Below, piece after piece: positions 39,201 to 52,309 of a DNA stretch of 64,000 bases (its first letter is position 1; the number at the start of each line of letters is the position of its first letter). Location: positions 40,126,464 to 40,190,463 of the forward strand of contig NC_043011.1 of the NCBI RefSeq assembly GCF_006345805.1, given 5' to 3'. The notes below the pieces were generated by a model. That model had not been told where the DNA came from. It made no database searches and worked only from the letters and a program-made list of their open reading frames with translations. The DNA comes from Octopus sinensis (lineage: Eukaryota). Both the position numbers and the translations under genes were made by a program.

Positions 39201-39649
39201 AACCACCCTCAAATCACACCGTACATTTCATTCATCATTTGCAGCCCTATCACAAAGATCCCATTTCTACTCCAGGTCTGCTTCGGGTCCATCTGTCTCA
39301 GGCAATCAGATATATTGCCCTTTTATTTATTCAGGCATGTCAAACTACATTAACCTGTTAGATGGTGATTTAGTGGCTATATCTAGTAACTCAAGTAAAC
39401 ATACAGAGATTTGGCTGCTATTTCTAGCAGCGATACCCAGAGGCCCCCTTTTAGGCAAACAGAGTGTGGTATGTATTTACTTTACTTTGTTGTGAACCAG
39501 AGTGGTCAGTTTGAGATAATTCTGGAGTAATATTGGGATGAATGGGTGCAGCTGCTTGAACGCTGATGATATGGGACAGCTAACCAGACATTCATCCTGT
39601 TTTGGAGGCAAACACAGACACACCCCCACTTTTGCTTAGCTGGCACCCT

Positions 39650-39950
39650 TTCAGCTATGACGATGAAGGTTCCAGTTGATCCGATCAACAGAACAGCATG
39701 CTTGCAAAATTAATATGCAAGTGGCTGAGCACTCCGCAGATGTGCACCCTTAGTGTAGTTCCCAGGGGCATTCAGTGTGACACAGAATGTGACAAGGGTG
39801 GCCTTTTGAAATTCAAGCACAATTCATTTTTGCCAGCTGAGTAGACTGGAACAATGTGAAATAAAGTGTCTTGCTCAAGGACACAACGCAACACTGGGTG
39901 TTGAACCCACAACCTATGATTATGAGTCAAACACACTAACCATTAAGTCA
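39650..39950 (-). mobile_element. SINE family D head plus tail D
   Basis: gtgaaataaagtgtcttgctcaaggacacaac (reverse of the family D centre) joined to the tail of 15243-15420. Confidence 0.78.
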
Positions 39951-42191
39951 CACACACACACAGACAGAAAGACACTACAATTTATTAATTGAACACAACT
40001 GGAATAAACACTTTCCCTTCTTATACATATAGAAAAATATGTCCACATATACATAAAGAGAGAGTGAGAGAGAAATAGAGAGCTAGGGGCAGTGAAAATG
40101 GGAGGGAATGAGAGAATAGAGAAGCATTCTTTTCTACTCTAGGCACAAGGCCCAAAACTTTTGGGGAGGGGGACAGTCAATTAAATCGACCCCAGTACAC
40201 GACTGGTACTTAATTTATTGATCCAGAAAGAATGAAAGGCAAAGTCAACCTCGGTAGAATTTGAACTCAGAACACAAAGACAGGCAAAATACCGCTAAGC
40301 ATTTTGCTCAGCATGCTAACATTTCTGAGAATAAGGAAGCATTGAAATGTCTGGTGTCAAAAAAAAAGGTCACTGTTGAAGGGAGTTGAATCGGTAACGC
40401 CAAATAGATGGCGCCAAAATGATTGTGCTAAAACCTCACACGCCTGCTTTTGAGATACCTTGCATGTTGGCTATAGTTATTGGTAAAGAACATGTCCTTA
40501 AGAACCATGGCCCAGAATCAAGGCAATAATAAAATTAACAAATCAAAGAAGTAAAAATCAAAATGATGACGATGACGAAAATGATGGAAATGATGAAATG
40601 GATTAAAGAGCTGAAGAATGGCAATAGAAAATATCAGCCAAATTTCATGATTCATTGCTACAGCAGTAAGAATTTGCATTGCTTAGTATTCAAGTGTATG
40701 AGCAGTCCGAGCTGAAACATCCTTCATCCAAGCTGAAAACATAATCTGAAGGAAGGTAGAAAGGAAGGAAGGAAGGAAAGAGAGAGAGAGAAAAAGCTAT
40801 TTGGCTCCATTTTAGAAGCAAGAAAGAAATGAAATGGAAATGATATTTCACTGGATGTTATATAATGTGACTTTAACAGAGAATAACCAGAGTCAAACAG
40901 GTTGGCCAGGAATTAGGCACATGACAGAGTCTGCCAGAAGAAAATTCTGTTTTAAGTGGATAAGGACATTTGTAATTATGGTTTGAAGTGGAGCTGAAGA
41001 AATAACATGGCAATGTTCTTGCGTTCTTGCTGTGTTTGTTTCAGAGCTCTAGTTGCCAGTCATTTCCGACCAAGCAGGTCCACATCCAAAGGAAGAGAAT
41101 GGCAAATCAAAAAGCAGGTGTGATAAGAGGAATATCCAGAATAAAATAAATTAAAAAAATGAAATAATAAAATTAAAAAAAAAACAAACTAGAGCTGGCC
41201 TGCATTGCCAATAATTAATAATCAATACAAAAGAGTTCAAAAAGTTCAATTTTTTATCAATAATCTACTGTTTGGAGCATTGTTATGACAAGCAGAAAGA
41301 AGAGATAAACTGCTAATATTACTTGGGCTGAGTGCAACTTGGTGATAGGAGCTAGTGTTTTACTTCCAGTTAAGGATGTATTCCTGGTTAAGAGGATCAC
41401 TTTGCAACCATTGGGCAAGTGCCTTCTTCTATAACCGTATGTTGACCGATGCTTGTAAGTGAGATTTGAAAGACAGAATGAGCACAGGACCCAATTGTGC
41501 ATTCGTATGTATGCATGAGTGTTTCTGTGTTCTTACAGACATTGCTTGAGCAATGGAAATGTTAGTTCATGTCTCTCAGCTTGGTAGTTTTAGATGTATG
41601 AAGACCAGTAGAAGAAAGTACTTCACTTGAAAACAAGGGATGGGCCTCAGGAAGGGTCATTCAGCTAGCTATTGAAGTTTGCTTCAATAAGACTCATCTA
41701 ACCCAAGCCACCATAGAAAAAAATATATGTAAAAACGATGATGATGAAAACAAATCATTCAGCTATAAATGCAGGCATGGTTAAATAGTTTTCTTCCCAA
41801 TCATGTGGTTTCAGATTCAAGTCTCACTGTGCACACCTTGGTCAAGAGTCTCTTTTTATAGTCTTGGTCCAACAAAAGCTTTGTGAGTGGATTTGGTAGA
41901 CAGGAAACTGTAGGACACCCATTGTGCAACTGCTTAACAACCAGTTTATTTACTTCCTTGTAATTAAGCAGTTTGGTAAAAGGGACCAGTAGAATAAGTA
42001 CCAGACTTTGAGGGTGGGGAAGTACTGGGATCGATTTGTTTGACTAAGTTCTTCAAGGCAGTGTCCCCGCATGAACACAGTCTAATGATTGAAATGGGTA
42101 AAAGTCAAACAATAAAAGACGTGTGTGTGGGTCTTTATATCATCTTTGACATTGTGCAATAGTTGTTAGCAAGCACCATCTTCTTACATAA

Positions 42192-42680
42192 CAGTGGTTC
42201 TCAACTAAGGTCTATATAAGATTTTTGGGGATTCATGCAACAAAATAATTGGGGATCCACGATAGTAATTTAAGGGCCCCTGAAAAAATTTTGCTTTAGA
42301 TGCCTGCATTAGTATGTAAAGCACCCAGCACACTGTAAAGAGGTTGGTGTTAGGAAGGGCATCCAGCCGTAGAAACCAAGCCAAATCAGACTGGACCCTG
42401 GTGCAGCTCTCCAGCTTGCCAGCTCTGGTCAAATTGTCCAACCCATGCCAGCATAGTTAATGGACATTAAATGATGATGATGCAAGAAACAGCTAAGATG
42501 ATTCTTTCTCTAACATTTTACTTAGTTCAATCTACACAAGTTAATGTGTGAGAAACAAAATAGGAATTTTGAAAGAAGCAACTATAAAACTAGATTTTTA
42601 AACATCAAATGGCTATAGTGGGGTCCACCAGAATGAAATAGTAATTAAAGGGGGTCCGTAGATAAAAAGTGGTTGATTTT
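42192..42680. mobile_element. hAT/Charlie-like element interrupted by a family C tail (42320-42482)
   Basis: Starts cagtggttctcaact and ends ...ggggtccgtagataaaaagtggttga (degenerate TIR). Confidence 0.6.
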
Positions 42681-44139
42681 ATATCTTTGAAGGTCTGGAT
42701 ATATAATTTAACAAGGTAAGGAGAAAAAGAAATGTATTCACATGATGCACTACGACTACTTAAACGCAAGACTCCAAATACCCTCTGTTGTCAACAAAGC
42801 ACATTACTCTTATTATAAGAATCCTATGAGTCTACTTTCAATCCTACAGGGGTGTTACTGTCTGTTACTGCAACAGCTGAAAGCTCCTGTTAAATAAGGT
42901 GTCCGAGAATCTCATTTGACTTCATTTATTTTGACTCAAATAAGTTAGCAGCTCAAATCTCTAGTCTCTTCATTCGCAGACATTGACTATGCAACAACAC
43001 CAGACAAGACTGACTCTCTCTCCCTCAACAGTTGCAATCATACAACAGATTGAGTCGAATGGGAAAGCCTTGGTGAAATCTACTTCTCATCTCTCTACAA
43101 ATAACAGACACAGCCATATAAAAATAGACGGAATGGCTACATACAGAATGCATTTAACCATCAGCTTGCTTGATCCAGGCAACTGCCACTGTCATCACAA
43201 CAACCACTTAAATATGAGCTCAACTCACTGGCTCAATGGATAAATAAATAGTAAGATCATCCACGATTTACTGCTCCTGTCTCTGTATCAGGTCTGTGTA
43301 CAATATAACAGATCTGAGCTCCAAATGAAAAGCTGCTGCTGTCTTACATGTCAAAACAAACACATCTTTTAGTATGAACTTCCACCTGTGTAGTGGAATT
43401 CATTCTTCTCACTCTCCATCATGTACACTGCAAATGTAGCATCAACTGTGTTCACTTATGCTATTCAATTACTGTATTACCTCAAGAAAGCACTTAAATA
43501 TCTACTGCATACATAAATAAATGGAAACATAGTTAGTTAAAGAGTACACCATCCTAACTAATACACTAGGGTGGGAAAAGAACAAAATAAATTAATAAAT
43601 GAAGCAAATAAATAAAATGCAGTGAATCTTCTAAGACTGCCGCCAGCAGATATATGGTAATCCTCTGCAGTTTTCTGATGTTCTTATTCAATGTTAATAA
43701 TGTGATTAAAATGGGTATGTTAGAACATTAATATAGTAATTGTTATTGATTATCTTTGATCAGCTCTGGAAGAACAGACAACTGGTTGGAAGGAAGTTGA
43801 ACATTATGTCAAGGGTAACTACTAAACTTGACATCACTGACACCAAAACACTTGCTCCATGTTTTTTCTTTTTTTTTAATATTTTTTTTGCATATATACA
43901 TATATAACAGAATGTGTGTACTTTATATCTGCTTCCTAATGCTAGCATGGGTTAGACAGATAGACTACCGAGGTGTTGTTTTGTCAGCCAGATACTCTCC
44001 CTGCTGCTAACCCTCACTTGATTTTCAAATAAGACATATCTTATTTTATGTATCTTTGAAAACTCAATGAAGATTTTCTTACTTTGAGTCCTTGTATGAA
44101 GATAGAGATGGAGGAGGAGGGGGGTTCACCAGGGGTACT

Positions 44140-44651
44140 TTAACCTTTCAGCATTCAGATTACTTTGTCTAATGAACTGCTTATTTATTCACATTGTTTT
44201 GAATGAATCAAGCATTATCTTGTAGCTTGAACATTTCAATCATGTGACTGTTTTAGTTTTAGAATGCCATTGTAGGGTAAGTGTGAGAGGCAGGATCTGG
44301 TCAGTTTGAACCTAAAACGGGTAGAATATTTTAGCTAGGAAAAACATTCAAGCGAGATCGTTGCCAGTGCCACTGGACTGGCTCCTGTGCAGGTGGCATG
44401 TAAAAAACACCACTTGCGCTTGGCTGTTGCCAGTACCGCCTGACTGGCCCTCGTGCCAGTGGCACATAAAAGCACCCACTACACTCTCAGAGTGGTTGGC
44501 GTTAGGAAGGGCATCCAGCTGTAGAAACTCTGCCAGATCAGATTGGAGTCTGGTGCAGCCATCTGGTTTGCCAGTCCTCAGTCAAATCGTCCAACCCATG
44601 GAAAGAGGATGTTATATGATGATGATGATGGTTTAAATGCGAAAGGGTCAA
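44140..44651. mobile_element. piggyBac-like MITE interrupted by a family C element (44345-44630)
   Basis: ttaa|cctttcagcattcagattac ... gtttaaatgcgaaaggg|tcaa. Confidence 0.75.
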
Positions 44652-45005
44652 TGGTATATAGAACAGGGCGGGGGGCATATTTCATACCTCCATATATATA
44701 TTTTTTAATAGATTTCAGTCATTGAAGAGTGGAATGAGCTGAGATACTTCCTTCAAAGATGTAGTTGATTACATCAACCCTTGTACTTATTTTATCAAAC
44801 TTAGAAGATTGAAAGGTAAAGGGAGCTGGTACAAGTTTTGAACTCAGAACCCAAAAGGATGTAATCAAATACTTCAAGGTATTTGGTCAGATGCTCCGCC
44901 GATTCTGCCATTCATCAGGCAATATAACAACATCATTGTTTTAATGTCAATTTTCCGTGCTTGCTTAGAACTATCATGCAATGTTGAGACAAAGAGGGAC
45001 AATCT

Positions 45006-45045
<40 letters not shown>

Positions 45046-45046
45046 A

Positions 45047-45630
45047 ATAAAGGGTGCTTAAGGTAATTGAGGACACACCTTCTTTGGATCATTGCTACAA
45101 TTTTTTCTAACTCTGTACAATCTTTGTTTCAGAAAAAAATAATGGCGGACCCTCAGCTTACTCAAGAAATGAAGAGACGTGGTTATAAAAGCTGAGCATA
45201 GCGATTTAAAAATATCTCAATTTTTAAAAGTTACCAGGTCTTTCATCTACAAAGGTTGTAAGGAGCTAGAGACAGAAGATGGAAACATATCACCAGAATC
45301 ACCTGAATTTATCCAGCAAGTTCAACAGACCATTGATTACAATCCCAGAAAGTCCATGAGGTCAATTGTAAAAGATCTCCATCTGTCAGAAGAAACAGTC
45401 AGATATGTTGTCCTTGAAGACATCAGATATAAGTCTTATATGATGAGGAATGGTCATTTTGCCAGAAAAAGCAAAAGAAAATCATTACATCAGATCTGAA
45501 AGGCTCTTAAACAAACTAAAAAATTCAGCAGAAGATTTGATTTGGTTTTCCTCAAACGAGAAAAACTTCAACCAAGATCAAAAAGTTGACAGAATAAATG
45601 ACAGATGGTTATGTGCAGACCCTTCTGAAG
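45047..45630 (+). pseudogene. maT/Tc1-like transposase 5' half (HTH region to first catalytic D), decayed
   Basis: PEFIQQVQQTIDYNPRKSMRSIVKDL, EDIRYKSY and WFSSNEKNFNQDQK...NDRWLC; homologous to the minus-strand element at 54747-55821. Confidence 0.85.
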
Positions 45631-45679
45631 AAGGGCCAGTGATATATAGAACCAGTTTAGACATATATTTTAGCTAGCT

Positions 45680-46420
45680 TCAATATTAGTCTGGAACTCC
45701 AAAGTTTTCTCCTTCAAAACAAAGGTCCACATCTTCAATTTCAATGCCATTTCATTCTTTACAGGTCAGAAACTTGGAGGGTCACCAAAGCCATAAAGAA
45801 TAATCTACAGACCTTCGTCAGTGCATGTCTGTGCTACATCCTCAAGATTTGCTGGTTGGACAAAATTTCAAACAGAAGTCTGTAGGATAGAACAAACCAA
45901 ACTTCCATCAATAAAAAAATTCTGAAAAGAAAATGAGAGCGGATTGGTCACACTCTCAGGAGACCCCCCAAGCAGCACTGCTATAAACAAGTATTAGATT
46001 GGCATCCTGAAGGAAAGAGAAAAGTTAGATGACCTAAGAAGACCTGGAAAGGATGTGTAGAGGATGAAGTAAATGCAGTTGATCTCTTTTGGTCTGAAAT
46101 CAAGGAAGTAGCCCAAGATCACATCCACTGGTGTGAAATAGTCACAGCCCAAAGCGGTGAGCTGGCAGAAACGTTAGCACACCAGGCAAAATGCTTTAGT
46201 GGTATTTCGTCTGTCTTTATGTTCAGAGCTCATATTCCGCTGATGTTGACTTTGCCTTTCATCCTTTCGGGGTCGATAAATTAAGTATCAGTTGTGTATT
46301 GAGGGTGGGAAGGTGGATCTAATCGACTAGCCCCTCCCCCCAAAATTTCAGGCATTGTGCCTAGAGTAGAAAAGTAATAAACACAGCCCTATGCTCTTTA
46401 AGGAGTAATGTGGACTATCT
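45680..46420 (+). mobile_element. RTE-type LINE 3' fragment split by a family B SINE (46151-46381)
   Basis: Degenerate ETWRVTK...IGHTLRR...LDWHPEGKRK...PKKTW; SINE flanked by TSD cacagccc (46143-46150 / 46382-46389). Confidence 0.8.
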
Positions 46421-47421
46421 AACAATCATCTGACACATGGAGTTTAGAACAAAAAAAAAAGAAGGAAAACCAGTGAAGTGTGAAACAAATAAATTCATTG
46501 ACACTATTATTCTACCTCTCCCTACTATTAATATCTAAAACTAAATCTGTGTTTCTGATTCTTAGCTTATCTAAACGGTAACATCTCGTTACTATATCTT
46601 AACTGACAGAACATAACTTTTTGCTCACTTAACAACTTAACCAATACACAACATACCTACTACCTACCTACCTACACACACACAGCCATTTGTGTTCCTC
46701 TCTAAAATAAATTAGGCTTATTTTTGATATGATTTGATTTTGCAATAAATCCTCATTAAAGACCAAACAAATCCCCAAGAGATCGTCAAATAAATCTATA
46801 ACCACCTTTGAAGTGATATTACTTATCTCTTGATAAAATTACTTTTTGTTTTCGTTTTATTTTTCCTTCGTTAATTTTTATATATTCTATTTTCATTTTT
46901 TTTTCTTTGTATATCGTGTAATTTGTTTACTTTTATTTATTTTTATTGAGGAATTCTATTCTAAAAATTACATTGTATGCTGTTTCAGCATTTTTCAATT
47001 ACAATTAGAAATTTAGGATATATTTGGCGAAATAGCTTCCATTTCTTTCTTCTTTTCTCTGTCTGCCCTGTTTCTGTCTGTCCCTTTTTTTCCCTTTCCT
47101 TCTCCTCATCCGTTTTTCTTTTCTTTTTTTTTCTCCCCTGTTATGTAGTATATCCCAGGATTTCAAAAGTAGAGGAGTCTACTTAGGTATTTTGCCTGTG
47201 TGCTTGCACAAACAATGGAATCCTCAATAAAGTCTCAGAATATACAGATTTATAAAGAAGTCTTGAAACTGTAACCATTTCAGTGCTGTGTCAATGAAGA
47301 AGCATCTACATGGGTGCTCAACCTGATGGAAATTGAAGCCAAATTTCCTTCAAATCACACCCTAATATCTCAAAGAAAAGATAATAAAAACAAAGAACAC
47401 ATCAGGTAATGTAGTTCAAAA

Positions 47422-47785
47422 GATGCAGGTGTGGCTGTGTGGCAAGAGGTTTGCTTCCCAAACACATGGTTCCAGGTTCAGTTCCACTGTATGGCACCTC
47501 AGGCTGACCAAAGCCTTGCGAGTGGACTTGGTAGAAAGAAACTGAAAGAAGCTTGTTGTATATGTGTATGTATGTATGTCTGTGTTTGTCCTTCATCACT
47601 GCTTGATGGGACCTGTGTTGGTGTGTTTATGTCCTCATAACTTTGCAGCTTGGCAAAAGAGTCAGACAGACAGTAAGTACAAGGCTTTAAAAAAAAATAT
47701 TGGGATTGAGTCGATTGACTAAAATCCTTCAAAGGGGTGCTCCAACATGGCTGCAGTCTAATGACTGAAACAAGTAAAAGATAAA
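47422..47785 (+). mobile_element. SINE family A
   Basis: Head ggtgtggctgtgtggcaagagg...ggttcagttcc; tail gactgaaacaagtaaaagataaaa. Confidence 0.85.
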
Positions 47786-48527
47786 AAATATACTATGCTT
47801 GAATAAAACAACAACAAAAAATGAGATCGTCAGGGCTGGCATGCAGAAATGTATCTGGCATTCTCACTAACTGCAACCAGGACAATTTTCTGTCTCCTCT
47901 GATATATATATATTGTTTTAACATAGCATGTCCATAAGTATCTTATCTGTTAATGGTTTATATAGGTGCAGGCATGGCTGCATGGTAAGAAGGTTTATTT
48001 TAAATCTTTTCTGAGGACTTTTTGCAATCTTTTCCTTCAAACATTCATACATCAAAATCGATGGGGGTGACTATCATCATTGGCAGAATTGTTAGCATGC
48101 CAGACAAGATGCTTAGCAGTATTTTGTCCATCTTTACATTCAGAGTTCAAATTCCGCTGAGGTCGACTTTGCCTTTCATCCTTAAAATAAGTACCAGTTG
48201 AGTATTGGAGTTGATGTAATCGACTGCCCCCCATCCCCAAATTTTAGGCCTTGTGCCGATAGTAGAAAGGATCATCATCATTATTATTATTATTAAAGCA
48301 GTGAGCTGGCAGAATTGTTAGCACATTGGGCAAAATGCTTAGTAGCATTTTCTCTGTCTATGTTCTGAGTTCAAATTCTGCCGAGGTCGACTTTGCCTTT
48401 CATCCTTTCGGGGGTCGATAAATTAAATACCAGTGAAACACTGGAGTTGATGTAATTGACCAGTCCATTGCCCCAAAAATTCATGCCTTGTTCTTTTAGT
48501 AGAAAAGATTATTATTATTATTACTGT

Positions 48528-49020
48528 TGAGTGAGAGAGCAGTGCATGCCATCAAAGTGACACTGAGGTAAAATATACAAAGCCCATTAAATATACAAAG
48601 CCCATATCAAGATTAACAGGGTATGACCTAGTAGGGAGGCCCAGTTAGAATTTTCTTCAAGTCAAATAGCCCATCCCACTCAAAAAGTCATTAAATAAGG
48701 GTTGTTTAAGAATGTTGAATGAAACACCCATGTTCCCAGAGGTGAATTATCCAGACCCCAAAGAATTCCTATTAACACATGGCAATGATACTCTCCAAAT
48801 ACTACCTCTGCTCGTGATCAGAGATGCACATATCGTCAGCCATTAAGGGACATGCTCAACTGGTTACGGTCAAATAACTGACAAGCAAATCTGTTGTATT
48901 GAGCAGAATATTTGCTGTAGCCCATCTTTTATACCAAGACAAAACACTGTACATGATAACACTTCCAATCAATTAAGATCAAAAGCCATGAGAGCCACTG
49001 CCTGGAACTGCATCAGGACA
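48528..49020 (-). mobile_element. Interspersed retroposon (family E) with (aat)n tail
   Basis: ttgagtgagagagcagtgcatgccatcaaagtgacact...; reverse-complement copy at 50908-51172. Confidence 0.75.
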
Positions 49021-50907
49021 TGCATGCACCCATCCATTCACTTCCTCCTCCTCATCATCATCATTATCAGTAGTAGTAGTTGTAGGCAAAAGCTGTCCTT
49101 AGTAGGATTTGAACTCAGAACACCATGCCAAAACTAAACAAAGCACTGTAAAGTTCTTATCATTTTTGACAATCCACCATACTTAGTAAGTTTAATATTG
49201 ATTGGCAACACTACAAATTATTGTTGGTGTTTAACACACTAATTAACAAAAATAACTATTTTAAAGTAAGAGAGTCAACTGACTCCTTGGCCTTTCCTCA
49301 CTGGTGTTGGGAATAAACGATCTTTTGTGAAGAAAAATTCTTGTAAACAGCTCAAGCAATACACAGCAATGATTGTTCAGTCTTCCTAATAACATATTAA
49401 CAACTTGAACAACAAATGTGATTAACAGCAGCTCAATTTGTTTTCAATCCAATCACAAAAGAGGAAGTTAGAAATGGGAAACAACAACAATAGTAATAGT
49501 AGTAGTAGTAATAAAAATAAAATTGATGAAGAAAGAGAAAGTATTTAGGAATTTGTATATTTTATGTAGGAGATATCAACAGAAACGGCCAGCCTTCTTG
49601 TTAACAAACATTCTTTCTCTACATGAAGGTCACAATGAATATGAGAAGGATGTATTGCTTATGGTTGGTCATGAAACAAGGGTAGTGAATATAGGCCTTA
49701 AAGGATTGAATTATTAATAGTAGTGCTGGTGGTGGTGGTTGGCTGAATTAGCAAGGTGGAAGAACACACAACAAAAAAAAAAAGAAGAAAAAACACAAAA
49801 AAATAAAGAAAAAGAAGTGGTGTGTGTGTGTGTGCATCTTCTCGTTTTGACATTGCATGCTAGGTGTCAGTGCCAGTATCAAGGAGCTGAACTTTACTAA
49901 AGAGGTGATTGAAGAATGCAACAAATGGCAGGACGCAGTGTTTGAGGATTTGTCTGATACATGCAAGCATGGAAAAGCACATATAAGAATGATGATGATG
50001 ATGATGATGACGTTTGTGTGGCTTCCAAATGACCTCATGCAATATGAAAGATGAATGCCAATTTTAATATTCAGGGCAGGTTTATGATTTAGCTGGATCG
50101 CTTTGCTCTGGCCTAAATAAAGAGTGAATGTTTGTGCAATGAATGCACATGTACGAGAGCATGCATGCATAAAAAAACATACACACACACATGCACGCAC
50201 CAAAAATTGTAGGTTACAAGTTGAGGTTTTTAAGTGTAAAACAATGCCTGAAAATGTAGGTGTTGCCTTGTAGAGTTGTAAATCTTTACTGATGAGGGGG
50301 CAAACAAATGGAGAAGAGCTTCTATCAATCACTCTGAACTATTTATTGTGAAATTCAAGCAAGTTATTTCTAACTGAAGCTTCAGTTTGATGAACTTCAT
50401 ATATTTAACAATTATATTAGCCATGTTATAATAAAAAAAAAAATATTGATAATGATAATAATAATCCTTTTTACTATGGGTACAAGGCCTAAATTTTGGT
50501 GGCAGAGACTAGTCGATTACATAAACCCAGTACTTTCATTGACCCTGAGTGAATGAAAGGCAAAGTTCACTTCTGTAGCATTTGAACTCAGAATGCAGAG
50601 GCAGGAAAGTGTAGTAATGATTCTGCTAGCTCAATAATAATGATGATGGTGGCTTCAAATTTTAGCACAAAAACCAGCAATTCTGAGGAGATGGGATCAG
50701 TCAATTACATTAACTCTAGTTCTTGAGTGGAACTTTATTTTATTAACCTCACTGTGATGAAAGACAAAGCTGATGTTAACGGGATTTGATCTCAGAATGT
50801 TAAGACTTTGAACAAATGCTCTAAGACACTTTTCCGATACTATAATGAGTCTGTCAATCCACTACCACCATTGCCACCATCACCTGATAATAATAATAAA
50901 TAATAAT

Positions 50908-51172
50908 ATCCTTAAACAATCCTTATTCAGGGACCTTTTGAGCAGGAGGGATTACTCGATCAGAAGAAAATTCTAACTGGGCCCCACCTGTAAGGTCATG
51001 TGCTGTTTATCTTGATAGGAGATCACCATGTCGCGCACATGGTTGTGATGTATGTGCCTAGTGTACCCTTATCAGATGGGTAGTCATGATGGGTATACTG
51101 GGCTTCGTATATTTTACTCGAGTGTCACTTTGATGGCATGCACTGCTCTCTCACTCAATAATAATAATAATT
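50908..51172 (+). mobile_element. Family E retroposon 3' part
   Basis: ...agtgtcactttgatggcatgcactgctctctcactcaataataataat. Confidence 0.75.
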
Positions 51173-52309
51173 CTTTCTGTTATAGCCACAAAGCCTGAAA
51201 TTTTGGAGGTGTAGGAGCTAATTGATCACACTGACCCCAGTTTATAACAGGTATTTTTTTTATTGACTCTGAAAAGATGAAAGGCAAAGTCGACCATGGC
51301 AGAAATTAGAACTCAGAATGTAAAGACAGATGAAATGTCGCTCAGGGTAGGGTTGGCAACAGGAGGGGCATCAAGTTGTAGAAAATTTGCCTCAACAAAT
51401 TCCATTTGACCCATGCAGGCACAGAAAAAAGTGGATGTTAAAACGATGATGATGATGAAAAGATTCAGTGGTGGAGCATGTACATTATTACCCTTTATGA
51501 ATGACTGTTCCCCATTAAACATCCATTGATTCTACACCAAACATATTATTTTTAAAAAGATATAGACTTACATTTAGAGGTTAATGCATAGGTGTTAATC
51601 CCATTGGAGTTATAGCATTGGGCCATGACAAATGACCAAGACCTTTGGCAGTATGCTGTGATTGAGTAGAAGACCCATCAAGCCAAGCGAAATTGTAGTC
51701 ATGGCAGATGCTGGTGTCAAGCAACTGGCACCTGTGCTGGTGGCATGTAAAAGCACCCATTACACTCTTGGTGTTAGTTGATGTTAAGAAGGGCATCGAG
51801 CTGTAGAAGCCATGCAAAATAAGACTGGAACCTGGTGCAGCCCCTCAGCTTACCAGTTCTGGTCAAACCATCCAACCCATGCCAGCATGGACAATGGACA
51901 ATAAATGATGGTGATGATGATGATGAGTATAGTTTTAATACAGATTCTTCTTGATATCATTTGGTAAGTGGGATCTGAACATATTCCAAACCACCTAAGG
52001 TTTATTTTACCATTCATAAATCACCTTAGTACCTATTCCATGCATTTCCAATTCTTTAAGTTTATTCATCCACCCTTTCTTATGAACATGAACAAAAACA
52101 CATGGAGGTAACTTTATATTTAGCATTGTTGCTTTTCATTAGAAAAGAAACATTAGTTTTAATTTGATTCCATCTGTGAGGCAGCTTAATGTGGCATTGA
52201 ACTTAGCCTTTCCATGACCTATACTTTGCACTTTTGTTTAGAATATAATTTCAGCTATGTGAAAGATATTGGCTCAGTAGTTAGTTATGTTAGCTATGAT
52301 CATAAGGTT

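Noticed and set aside
49857-50054. Plausible-looking peptide ...KEVIEECNKWQDAVFEDLSDTCKHGK
   Set aside because: The 3' half is a decayed SINE tail (catgcaagcatggaaaag...(gat)n), and there is no recognisable domain.
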